Source of the DNA: a virus
Strand: one strand, 5' to 3'
Length of the DNA stretch: 30,578 nt
Virus record (IMG/VR): IMGVR_UViG_3300045988_171550
Location: 1-30,578 of that record
Below, piece by piece: positions 6,680 to 15,497 of this stretch; within the stretch, counting starts at the first letter, position 1; each line of letters starts with the position of its first letter. A program made the translations under genes and the position numbers. The notes beneath the pieces were generated by a model that saw nothing but the letters and a program-made list of their open reading frames with translations, ran no database searches and was not told the DNA's origin.

Positions 6680-8523
6680 TATTATATCTCCAAATAAAAA
6701 AGAGATATATGTATTAGGTAGCACTCAAAGTGGAAAGACCTTTGATATATGTTTAGCGTGTATCTTATATGCACAAGCAGTATATGCTTATAGTCCTAAA
6801 GAAAAATACTTTGGCTCAATAACTGGTTGGAGTCTTGAAACCTTAAAAGGAAATATACTTGAACCTATAAAGAAATTTTTAGATGATATGGGTTTAAGAA
6901 AAAGTAAAGACTACATATTAAAATGGCAAACAGATGAGAAGTATTTAGAAATATATAACATAAGATATTATTTCTTTGGATTTAATAATGTACTAGCATT
7001 TAATAAGATACTAGGTAAACCATTATTATTTGAGTGGATAGATGAAAGTGCAAGAATATATTCACAATTAAATTTAAGAGAACCATTTAATGAATTTCCA
7101 GGTAGACAGGTGAGTTACGCTAATCACCCTTATTTAAAAACAATTCATTCATTCAATGTTGAGGGTGGAGAAAATCATCCTTACAAAATTGATTATATAG
7201 ACAAAAAACCAAAAGCAATACATTATACATTCTTCCCTTATGATAATCCAAAGATCAATACAAAGGAAGCAATGCAAAATGTAGTAGAAATGTTCCCACC
7301 TGGAAATTTAAGAGAACAAAAGATATTTAACAAATGGGTATTATCAACTGGTCGTGTATTTACTAAAATAAATAAAATAAATAGTCTAGATAATTATGCA
7401 TTTAGAGAAATAGGAGTAGGTATAGACTATGGTTCAGTTCACTCAACTGCATTTGTACCAATAGCACTTGCTTATGATAAAATAAATAAAAAATGGGTAT
7501 TAATAAGACTTGAAGTCTACTATCATAATCCAAAAGAAGAACAAGATAATCCTACAACGGAATATTTTAGTAAGCAATTAAGATTATTTTTATTATATTT
7601 AAAAAATGAATATGGACAAGTACCAATAACTACAATAGTGCTTGATAGTGCAGCCTCACATTTTCATAATAGGTTAATAGCAGATAATATACCTCATACA
7701 TTAATTAATAAAAGTCTTGATACAGTAGTAGAAGGTGTACAATATATGCAGTCATTATTCTATAAAGATTATTTACTTATTTATGAACAAAAATCAATTA
7801 AACATATAACTGATAATGGAGAAGTGATATATTGTGGTAAAGATGAGGGAATACTTGAACTTGAAACATATAGATATGATACAAATGCAAGTGCAAAGTC
7901 TGGAAAAGAATGCTATGTTAAAGAATTTGATGACCATATAGATTCTTGCTTAACAGGAGATACTATTATTGCAACAGATAGAGGTAATTTCAAAATAATT
8001 GATTTAGTTGGAAAAAGTGGAAATGTTAAATGCTTTGATGGTAATAGATTTATATATAAAAATTTTAAAGATGTAAGGCTTACAAAAAGAAAACAAGACA
8101 TATATAAGTTAAAATTATCAAATGGTTATGAATTAAAAGGAACATACGAACATCCTGTATTAACTATAAAAGGCTATAAGAAATTAGGAGAATTAACTGA
8201 AAAAGATAAAGTAATTTGCAATGGGAGAAATAAATTTTGTTCTAATAAATGTAAAAGTGCTTATAGAAGAAAATTAGGAGTGGATAATATTGAAAAAAAA
8301 TGTATCAGGTGTGGAAAAAAATTTGAAGTCAACAAATATTCAAAAAGAGAGCAATGTTACAATTGCTACCCCTGTAGAAATAAAAAAACTTCCAAATAAA
8401 GAAGATGTTTACAATATGGAGGTAGAAGAAGTTCACAATTTTGTTGCTAATGGAATTGTAGTTCATAATTGTAGATATATTATTATGGAATTTAAAGAAA
8501 CTGATAGAGCACCAGTAGTATAG
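6624..8523 (+). CDS. terL: terminase large subunit interrupted by a mini-intein. The reading frame as given has a +1 discontinuity at the A7 run at 8382-8388, so the ORF track splits it into 6624..8399 and 8290..8523.
   Basis: Walker A GSTQSGKT and Walker B LLFEWIDES are present, followed by a nuclease domain. The intein N-terminal splice block is CLTGDTII, block B is GYELKGTYEHPVLT, and the C-terminal block is VYNMEVEEVHNFVANGIVVHN|C. Joining the exteins gives …EFDDHIDS|CRYIIMEF…, which restores the terminase DDxxD-x-RY motif. Confidence 0.75.
7947..8469 (+). other. Hint-domain mini-intein inside terL. It carries an internal zinc-ribbon (Cys-rich) insert and has no homing-endonuclease domain. 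It is 523 nt long, so it contains a 1-nt frame break.
   Basis: It starts at Cys (TGC at 7947) in DS|CLTGDT and ends at HN (8464-8469) before the +1 Cys (8470). A Cys-rich segment CNGRNKFCSNKC…CIRCG…CYNCYPC is read in frame 3 up to the A7 run, and the block F/G sequence is read in frame 1 after it. Confidence 0.7.
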
Positions 8524-8534
8524 GAGGAATAAAA

Positions 8535-8750
8535 TTGGAATTAAGGTGTAAGGCAAGTAAGAGATTTCTATTTGATATAAATATAGAAGAATATTATAAT
8601 AATTTAAAAAAAATGGGTATAGAAATAAAAACTCCTATACTTATTAAAATACCTTGTGGTAAATGTAAATTAATAGAGGAATATGAAATATATCCTACAC
8701 ATTACATTCATATTAGAAGTTATAAAAGGGAATTTGACAAAAGAGATTAA
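8535..8750 (+). CDS. hypothetical small Cys-containing protein (71 aa, TTG start)
   Basis: RBS TAGGAGGAATAAAATTG, and a CxxC motif (PCGKCK). Confidence 0.4.
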   Translation: MELRCKASKRFLFDINIEEYYNNLKKMGIEIKTPILIKIPCGKCKLIEEYEIYPTHYIHIRSYKREFDKRD

Positions 8751-8809
8751 AAGTGATATTATAATTATGATATAAAAGTGCAAAAAATGTGTCGAAAAAG
8801 CATAAGAAG

Positions 8810-8840
8810 CATACATTAAGAAATTGGTGTATGTTTTTTT
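8810..8840 (+). terminator. weak rho-independent terminator candidate
   Basis: The stem CATACA/TGTATG (8810-8815 and 8828-8833) with a 12-nt loop is followed by T7 (8834-8840). Confidence 0.35.
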
Positions 8841-8859
8841 ATTGTAAAGGAGGCATAAA

Positions 8860-9201
8860 ATGAAAGAAATTATTAATAAATTTGTGAAAAAAATACAAAA
8901 AATAAAAGAAATTATTAATAAATTTGTGAAAAAAATACAAAAAATAAAAAAATATTATAAAACTAGATGGAAATTATATTTATATTATAAAAATCAATGT
9001 ATAGGTAAAAGATATATAGATGCAGATTTTGCACCTATGGGTAAAGAATATATGGTTAAAATTAAACATATGAAACATTTAGTAGGTGGTAATAATGTTC
9101 AAATGATAGTTACTGCCTATAAATATAAATATAGTAGTGAAAAGACTAGAGAAGTGCATATAGAGGTAATACCTTATGAGGGGGTGACAATAAATGAATA
9201 A
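8860..9201 (+). CDS. hypothetical protein (113 aa) with a duplicated N-terminal 14-aa segment
   Basis: RBS AAGGAGGCATAAAATG. A perfect 42-bp tandem duplication encodes KEIINKFVKKIQKI twice. Confidence 0.45.
   Translation: MKEIINKFVKKIQKIKEIINKFVKKIQKIKKYYKTRWKLYLYYKNQCIGKRYIDADFAPMGKEYMVKIKHMKHLVGGNNVQMIVTAYKYKYSSEKTREVHIEVIPYEGVTINE
8863..8946 (+). repeat. perfect 42-bp tandem duplication (2 copies), in frame within a CDS
   Basis: Bases 8863-8904 equal bases 8905-8946 (aaagaaattattaataaatttgtgaaaaaaatacaaaaaata). Confidence 0.9.
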
Positions 9202-10558
9202 TCAAATAAGATTAAAATCAGCATATGATTATTTACAAGCACCATTTATAAGAGTTGAAGCAACAGTTACACAACCAGGTATAACAAATGGAAAACCAAA
9301 CATAATGAAGTCTTATGACTATATAATTGCACCAAGTGGAAAAAAGATATCTACATATATAGTAAATCAAATATTTGGTAGTGATTTAGTAACACAAACG
9401 CAAGGACTTTCAATAAACTGGCTAATGCCAACATTAAAAAAGTCTTTAGAACTTGCTGTATATGAAGAAGAAAGTTTTATATTAATAAATAAATATGATG
9501 GAAAAATCTATCTTGAATGTATTAAAAAAAGTGATATTCACGATTTAGTACAAAAATATGACAAAATAATAAGTGGTACGATAATACAAATATATGAAAC
9601 TAATGGAGATACCTATGAACTACATAGAGAAATAAAACTTGAAAATGGAATAACATTTATGTTTATGAAACCATATAAAGTAGATGCTAAAGGAAAATTA
9701 ACACCAATAGATATAAATATATTCAATAAATATACAGGTAGTGATTATATTAGCAAATATGTATTACCTTATGAGAATTTAATCAATATTGATATTGGGG
9801 AAAACTTCTTCAAAGATAGTAAAAAATTCTTAAATGAAGAAATGGAAATATTTAATACAATTGCTGATGAAATTGAAAAGACAAAAACAAGAATAGCAAC
9901 ATCACAACATTATCAAAGTGGAGATATTGTAAGTAATTGGCAACCTGGCTCAAATCATTATAAAGTAGATACTATAACAGTAGGTAAATTAGCAGATTAT
10001 TTTACATTATTACCTGGAGATAAAGACCATCAATTATTTCAATTCTTACAAGGAGATATAAGAATAGATAAATACATAACTACATTCAAGTTTTGCGATT
10101 ATCAAGTAATTCAAATGGCAGGTTTAAGCCCAGTTTCATTCGGTTATGAAAAAGATGAGTATCAAAATAAAGATAGTGTTGATTTAAGTAAAAATAATAG
10201 TGATATGACAATAGAGGCTATTAAGACACAAATAGAACCTCAAATAAATAAATTAATAGAAAATATTGTTAAAGCACAACAAAGTAATAACATTACAATT
10301 AATGCAATACCAAATGAATTAAACTGGAATTATGGAGCAAACGAAAAATTTGATGATATGAAAAAACTTCAAGTTTTAGGCAAAATTCAAAGTGTAGGAA
10401 GTATTCCATATAGTGTTAAAGCAAAAATCATTATGCCGATATTAAATAAACTAATTGATGAGGATTATTCAGAAAAAAATAAAAAATTAATAGAAGATTT
10501 AATAAAAGCAAATGAGGAAGAAGAAAAAGCATTAAGAATTGAATACGGAGAGGTATAA
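9194..10558 (+). CDS. portal protein (SPP1 gp6-like, assigned by position)
   Basis: A 454-aa ORF immediately after terL and before the MuF-like gene. The size and gene order fit SPP1-type portals. No sharp motif was recognised. Confidence 0.55.
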   Translation: MNNQIRLKSAYDYLQAPFIRVEATVTQPGITNGKPNIMKSYDYIIAPSGKKISTYIVNQIFGSDLVTQTQGLSINWLMPTLKKSLELAVYEEESFILINKYDGKIYLECIKKSDIHDLVQKYDKIISGTIIQIYETNGDTYELHREIKLENGITFMFMKPYKVDAKGKLTPIDINIFNKYTGSDYISKYVLPYENLINIDIGENFFKDSKKFLNEEMEIFNTIADEIEKTKTRIATSQHYQSGDIVSNWQPGSNHYKVDTITVGKLADYFTLLPGDKDHQLFQFLQGDIRIDKYITTFKFCDYQVIQMAGLSPVSFGYEKDEYQNKDSVDLSKNNSDMTIEAIKTQIEPQINKLIENIVKAQQSNNITINAIPNELNWNYGANEKFDDMKKLQVLGKIQSVGSIPYSVKAKIIMPILNKLIDEDYSEKNKKLIEDLIKANEEEEKALRIEYGEV

Positions 10559-10560
10559 AA

Positions 10561-11532
10561 ATGAATGATGAAATATCAAAATTAATAAGTGAAAGAGTTC
10601 AAAAATATAAAGAAGAAACAGAAGATTATTTAGATATGGTTAAATGGCTAGTATTTATTTACTTAATAGAAAAAAAAGAAAGTAAATTATTTAATACAGC
10701 ATTTAACAAAATAACTGAAGAATATATCTTTAAAATAAATAGAACTTCAAAAACAAGTAATTCACTTATAAAAGATAAAGTAATCAAGTTAGATATTACC
10801 TCAAATCAACCTAGAATAGATTTTACAATTGACAACCTTAATAAATTGCTATTTAAAATCGATTATAAGGAACAAAAGAGTTCACTCGATAAATATACCA
10901 AGATAATAAAAAACTTTTACCATAACACGGAAAAAGTAGTAAAAAAAGGGTATGTAGGAATTGACAAGTATTTAAGTAGTAAAGTTAGCACATTTGATAA
11001 AGTTGAAAAGGTAGTTGCTTATTATAACAAAGATGGAACAATAAGAGCATATTATGATATAGCAAGTTACAATTCAATGATAGAAAATACTAACTTAACA
11101 AGTAGAAGTTGGAATGGTGTTATAGAAAATTGTCAAAGTAAAGGTTATGATTTAGTTTATGTAGTACCTCACGCATTTAGTTGCCCATTATGTCAAGAAT
11201 ATCAAGGCAAGACATTTAGTTTAACAGGATTATCTTACATGTATCCTAGTATTGATATAGCACTTGAGGGAGGGTTAAAACATCCAAATTGTAAACACGA
11301 AATAGTACCTTATCAAGGGCAATATGAAAATAATAAATATTCTAGTGAAAAATGGGTTGAAAGATATGAGGCTAAAGAAAAAAAACAAGCATTAGAGTTA
11401 AAGAAAAAAAGATTAAACACTGATAAAGAAATATTTAAGAAATTAAATAATTATGAGGAGGTTGATAAAATAACTCAAAAGATAAAAAAAATTAATGAAC
11501 AAATTAAAGTTCAAGCAAATTTAATGAAGTAA
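10561..11532 (+). CDS. head morphogenesis protein, Phage_Mu_F / SPP1 gp7 family
   Basis: The HPNCKHEIVPY motif is the family's HPNCRC signature. It follows the portal gene, and the C-terminus is predicted coiled-coil. Confidence 0.65.
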   Translation: MNDEISKLISERVQKYKEETEDYLDMVKWLVFIYLIEKKESKLFNTAFNKITEEYIFKINRTSKTSNSLIKDKVIKLDITSNQPRIDFTIDNLNKLLFKIDYKEQKSSLDKYTKIIKNFYHNTEKVVKKGYVGIDKYLSSKVSTFDKVEKVVAYYNKDGTIRAYYDIASYNSMIENTNLTSRSWNGVIENCQSKGYDLVYVVPHAFSCPLCQEYQGKTFSLTGLSYMYPSIDIALEGGLKHPNCKHEIVPYQGQYENNKYSSEKWVERYEAKEKKQALELKKKRLNTDKEIFKKLNNYEEVDKITQKIKKINEQIKVQANLMK

Positions 11533-11633
11533 TTACTCGGTTAGTGATATGGCACACCGAAAAAAAGGCAATATATCAGTCGCGACACACTTTGCACTTT
11601 ATCTTAATTAAAAAGAAAGGTAAAGGAGAAAAA

Positions 11634-12173
11634 ATGAATATTGATTTAAGTAAATATCTAAAGAACAAAGATATTAAAATCACAAACGAAGATTTTGACT
11701 TGGAGGCTATGAGTAAAGACTTGTATAAAGACTATACAAAAACTAGCGAAATTAAAAAGGCTGATTATTCAGGATATGTAAAAAAGGAAGATTTTGACAA
11801 ATTACAAACTGATTATTCTACTTTAGAAACTAATTACAATAATACTATTACAAAATTAAATGATACAAATAGCAAAATGGCTAGGGTATCACTTGAAAGT
11901 AAAATGGTAAGAAAAGGTTTTAAAGAAGAAAATTTTGATGAAATTGCAAAACTTCGTTCAAGTTTATATGCTGATGAAAAAGATGACCAAAAGGCTATTG
12001 ATAGCATAGCAGAAAAATTTAAAAATACATATTTTGAAAGCAGTCAAAAAGTACCATTTACACCAGCACCTAATGAAAGTGGAGTAAGTGGAAATAATGG
12101 AAGTAATGCAAAAGAAATTAAAATAACTCGTGATACTTCTATTAAAGATTTATTTATACCTGTAACTAAATAA
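11634..12173 (+). CDS. capsid scaffolding protein (acidic, coiled-coil)
   Basis: The ATG at 11634 follows AAAGGTAAAGGAGAAAAAATG. The upstream extension shown in the ORF track (11544) has no RBS. The gene lies directly upstream of the major capsid gene. Confidence 0.5.
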   Translation: MNIDLSKYLKNKDIKITNEDFDLEAMSKDLYKDYTKTSEIKKADYSGYVKKEDFDKLQTDYSTLETNYNNTITKLNDTNSKMARVSLESKMVRKGFKEENFDEIAKLRSSLYADEKDDQKAIDSIAEKFKNTYFESSQKVPFTPAPNESGVSGNNGSNAKEIKITRDTSIKDLFIPVTK

Positions 12174-12214
12174 TTTTTAGTTAAATAAAAAAAGGAAAAA
12201 GGAGGGATAAAATT

Positions 12215-13375
12215 ATGAATTTTACAGGAGTAAATTTAGACCTACAAGGTTTAATGAAAAGAACTTATGCTAATTTACTTTACAATTCTCAATTTTATAA
12301 ACTACTAAGTAGAAGATTTTTCGAAGTTGGTAGAACTGGAACACCTATTATTGAAGTTGTAAAACAATTAGACACTACATTAAATAGAAGAGATAATGTA
12401 GAAATCGCTCAAGGAGGTATTACAAACGAACTTGCTAAATATAGTTCAGTTAAAGTTGATTTAACAGAACTTGCTATGGATTATTCATTTAGAATTAGTC
12501 CTATTGTAATGGGTTCAGGTATTGAAAGAGCAATTGAAGGGCAAATTGAATTAAAAGAAAGTCAAATTTCTAAACAAATTGATGTTTACGGATTTGGTAA
12601 ATTAAATTCAAAAATTATAGGTCCTCAAGATGGTTCAATGGCATATACTGATGGACAATGTACTAAATATGCACCTGCCACTGGAACTGAAGTAATCGAG
12701 GCATTAAATGACCTTAAAGCAAAACTATTCGATAGAGATATCTATGATGGTTACTTACTAGGTTTAAGAAGTGATGCATATTCTTATTTCATTTCAGCAT
12801 TAACATCTATTCTTAAATATGAAACTAGAGCAGGTGTTGAAGGTGTTGATATGGGGAAAGTTGCTGAGGCTTATGGAATTTCAACATTCCAAATTAATGC
12901 AAATGTAATTGGTAAGAATGAAGAAAAAGCAGATACTAATGTAGTTGGTTACTTTGCTAATGAAGTTGGTACAGTTGGAGATACATTCTGGTCATCATTT
13001 GCTCAATATAATGGAAACTTCCCAGGCTACCCAGGTTACTTTGTAGTTGAAGGTAATGTAATGTTCGGTGCTGAAGTTGTTAGACCAGAAGCAGTTATTA
13101 AACTTGTTGAAAGTCTACCTACAGTAACAGCAGGTTCATTTGATGCTGGTAAAGTAGGAGAAGAATACACTCATACAACACCATTTAGTGGAACTGAAGT
13201 TGCAAAATATGAAGCAGGCGGACTTCCTACTGGATTAAGTTTAAATGCTACAAGTGGAGCAATTACTGGTACACCAACAGTAGCAGGATCATATAATGTA
13301 TCTATTTATGGTGTAGATAAATTCGGTAACTATTCAAATGCTTATAGTGGCACAATTGAAATTGCCGAAGCATAA
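12215..13375 (+). CDS. major capsid protein with a C-terminal Ig-like (Big/He_PIG-type) decoration domain
   Basis: 386 aa, with a strong RBS (GGAAAAAGGAGGGATAAAATTATG). The C-terminal TGLSLNATSGAITGTPTVAGSYNVSIYGVD is a typical Ig-like repeat. Confidence 0.6.
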   Translation: MNFTGVNLDLQGLMKRTYANLLYNSQFYKLLSRRFFEVGRTGTPIIEVVKQLDTTLNRRDNVEIAQGGITNELAKYSSVKVDLTELAMDYSFRISPIVMGSGIERAIEGQIELKESQISKQIDVYGFGKLNSKIIGPQDGSMAYTDGQCTKYAPATGTEVIEALNDLKAKLFDRDIYDGYLLGLRSDAYSYFISALTSILKYETRAGVEGVDMGKVAEAYGISTFQINANVIGKNEEKADTNVVGYFANEVGTVGDTFWSSFAQYNGNFPGYPGYFVVEGNVMFGAEVVRPEAVIKLVESLPTVTAGSFDAGKVGEEYTHTTPFSGTEVAKYEAGGLPTGLSLNATSGAITGTPTVAGSYNVSIYGVDKFGNYSNAYSGTIEIAEA

Positions 13376-13398
13376 TTAAAAGAAAAGGAAGTGAGAAT

Positions 13399-13776
13399 AT
13401 GAAGGTTTTTACAATAGAAGAATTTACAAAGGCTTGTCCAGAGTATGCTAGTGCAAATATAACTTCTTACCAAATTATGGCGGTAAGTGAGATGATATTC
13501 TCACAAGTAGGCTTACGATATAGGGACACGAGTTGGGATGAAACAAATGTCCCTTTGCCTATAAAAAATGCAAGTATAGAGCAAATGAGATTTATGTTAG
13601 AACACGATATCCCATTTGTTGACTATGATAAAACGGTTAAGGCAGGAAATATGAGTGCTAATATTAAAACTGATTATTCTACTCTAGCATTAAGAATACT
13701 TGCTAATGCAGGTTATATATATAGAGGAAGTAGAATGAGTGATAATATGGCTTTAACTATTCCTTTTGGAGAGTGA
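13399..13776 (+). CDS. head-tail connector (adaptor) protein, assigned by position
   Basis: A 125-aa ORF after the major capsid gene with an RBS (AAAGGAAGTGAGAATATG). Confidence 0.4.
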   Translation: MKVFTIEEFTKACPEYASANITSYQIMAVSEMIFSQVGLRYRDTSWDETNVPLPIKNASIEQMRFMLEHDIPFVDYDKTVKAGNMSANIKTDYSTLALRILANAGYIYRGSRMSDNMALTIPFGE

Positions 13777-14110
13777 TATTATGTTTTTAATTAATGGTAT
13801 GAAAGCCAAATTAAGATTATTTAATAGAACTAATAATGAAGAAGTATTTGATGACCAAAATTTTCAAGATGTCTTTATTAAGTGCTGTCCTTATAATGCC
13901 GACCAAGGTATTAACTTTGGAATTTATACAATACCAGAGGCAACAGGTTATTATCAAGTACCTAGATGGGTAAATGTTAAACCTGGAGACCAAATTACCT
14001 TTTTAGGTAAAACTGGAGAAGTTATAGATGAACAAGTTCATACTATTTTAAAGGTATATGATGAGTGGTATTTTAATAGAGTTGAAAATAAAATACTTGT
14101 GATAAAATGA
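13766..14110 (+). CDS. head closure / head-tail joining protein, assigned by position
   Basis: A 114-aa ORF overlapping its neighbours, as is typical of connector gene strings. Confidence 0.35.
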   Translation: MESDIMFLINGMKAKLRLFNRTNNEEVFDDQNFQDVFIKCCPYNADQGINFGIYTIPEATGYYQVPRWVNVKPGDQITFLGKTGEVIDEQVHTILKVYDEWYFNRVENKILVIK

Positions 14111-14460
14111 TAGAAACAAGTGTAGAGGTTAAATGGATACCAAGTGCCAAAAAAAAGGTATTAGAAGCACCTGATAAAATGCTTTATGGAATTGCATATG
14201 AAACATTACATAGAACTTTACCAAGTATTCCGAAAGACACAGGCTATATGAGAAAAACCTCATTAAATGGTGGTGTTAAAGGTAGTAGCGGAGATTATTA
14301 TATTGGTTCATATACAAATTATGCCTCTTATGTATGGGTAATGGGTAAAGATACCAATTGGACTACACCTAATACTTTTGGTAAATGGTATAAAGAAGTT
14401 TATAAAACTCAAGGTTATTCAATACAGACTTCAGTAGTAGAAAGGAATAAATTGAAATGA
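14107..14460 (+). CDS. tail completion / neck protein, assigned by position
   Basis: A 117-aa ORF whose start overlaps the upstream stop (ATGA). Confidence 0.35.
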   Translation: MIETSVEVKWIPSAKKKVLEAPDKMLYGIAYETLHRTLPSIPKDTGYMRKTSLNGGVKGSSGDYYIGSYTNYASYVWVMGKDTNWTTPNTFGKWYKEVYKTQGYSIQTSVVERNKLK

Positions 14461-14924
14461 CACAAAATGATGTTGAAAGAAAACAATTAGTTTTAATAGA
14501 ATACTTGCAAGAGATTATTAATGAATACATAAAAGGTCAAATTGATGAATATAGAAAACCGATAAAATGGAAAGTTAAGGCTGAATATTCTACTAATGAC
14601 AATGATAAAAGAGTTGTTACAGTACAAGAACAAAGCGGTCTTAAAACTGTATTTTATGGAAATTGCACTCCTATAAATAATTATTATATGATAGATATTT
14701 ATGGTTTATCAATTAAAGAATGTAAAAATTTATCACTACTTATTGGTTCATTAATAGGTCAAAATATTAAAAGAGATACCACTTTTAATGGTAAAAAAGA
14801 AAAGTGGCAAATAATATTTACACAGTGGGTAAATCCACAAGCAATAGAATATTTAGATATTCGTAGAGTAGGTTATAATTCTACTTTAAAATGTATTGTT
14901 AATAAATATTATGAAGAAAAATAA
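14457..14924 (+). CDS. tail terminator-like protein, assigned by position
   Basis: A 155-aa ORF whose start overlaps the upstream stop (ATGA). Confidence 0.35.
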   Translation: MTQNDVERKQLVLIEYLQEIINEYIKGQIDEYRKPIKWKVKAEYSTNDNDKRVVTVQEQSGLKTVFYGNCTPINNYYMIDIYGLSIKECKNLSLLIGSLIGQNIKRDTTFNGKKEKWQIIFTQWVNPQAIEYLDIRRVGYNSTLKCIVNKYYEEK

Positions 14925-14951
14925 AGTTACAGAAAAGGAGGGAATAAAAGT

Positions 14952-15422
14952 ATGGAATTTTATGTAACAAATAGGGAAATAATCAAAAACCTTGCATTTA
15001 ATACAGGAACAAGTGCAGCACCTGAATTTACACCTGCTTGTACTACCAGTGAAGTAACAGTTGCTCCAAATCTAGAACAGCAAGATTTCTATGTATTTTG
15101 TGATGCTATTCAAAGAAGTATCATAACAGGTGCTTCATTATCAATTGATACAACAGTTAAAATTGATATGAATAATGCTGCAATAGTTGGTATTATTGGA
15201 AACCTACACGCACTTATTAAAGATGGCAGTATTGCACAATTTAATAATCAGTTAATTCAATTTGAATTACTTACAGGTGTAGAAACTGGAGCATTAACAT
15301 ATACAAAATACAAAGTTCCTTGTATATTAAATTTTGGAGAAACTGGTGGTTCTGCAGAAGATAGTGGAGAATTCTCATTAACTATTAAAATCACTGGTAA
15401 AGGCGAAGTTGTAACTGGTTAG
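14952..15422 (+). CDS. major tail protein, assigned by position
   Basis: A 156-aa Gly/Thr-rich protein with a strong RBS (AAAGGAGGGAATAAAAGTATG). It precedes the tape measure gene and is followed by a terminator-like hairpin. Confidence 0.45.
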   Translation: MEFYVTNREIIKNLAFNTGTSAAPEFTPACTTSEVTVAPNLEQQDFYVFCDAIQRSIITGASLSIDTTVKIDMNNAAIVGIIGNLHALIKDGSIAQFNNQLIQFELLTGVETGALTYTKYKVPCILNFGETGGSAEDSGEFSLTIKITGKGEVVTG

Positions 15423-15432
15423 TTTAAACCTA

Positions 15433-15475
15433 TAAAGGGTAAGGGGTATAACACCCTTTACCTTATTTTTATTTT
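15433..15475 (+). terminator. rho-independent terminator or attenuator candidate between the major tail and tape measure genes
   Basis: An 8-bp stem TAAAGGGT/ACCCTTTA with a 12-nt loop, followed by CCTTATTTTTATTTT. Confidence 0.4.
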
Positions 15476-15497
15476 AAAAAAGAAAGGAAGTGAAAAT

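Noticed and set aside
8290-8523. The separate 77-aa ORF after terL
   Set aside because: It carries the intein C-terminal splice blocks and the terminase C-extein. It is the frame-shifted continuation of terL, not an independent gene.
11544-11633. The N-terminal extension of the scaffold ORF (MIWHTEKK…)
   Set aside because: There is no RBS. A good SD precedes the ATG at 11634. The extension overlaps a GC-rich non-coding spacer.
12166-12186. Hairpin TAACTAAA-TAATT-TTTAGTTA at the scaffold/major capsid junction, considered as a terminator
   Set aside because: It is followed by an A-run rather than a T-run on the + strand. It is more likely an mRNA stability or processing hairpin, or chance.
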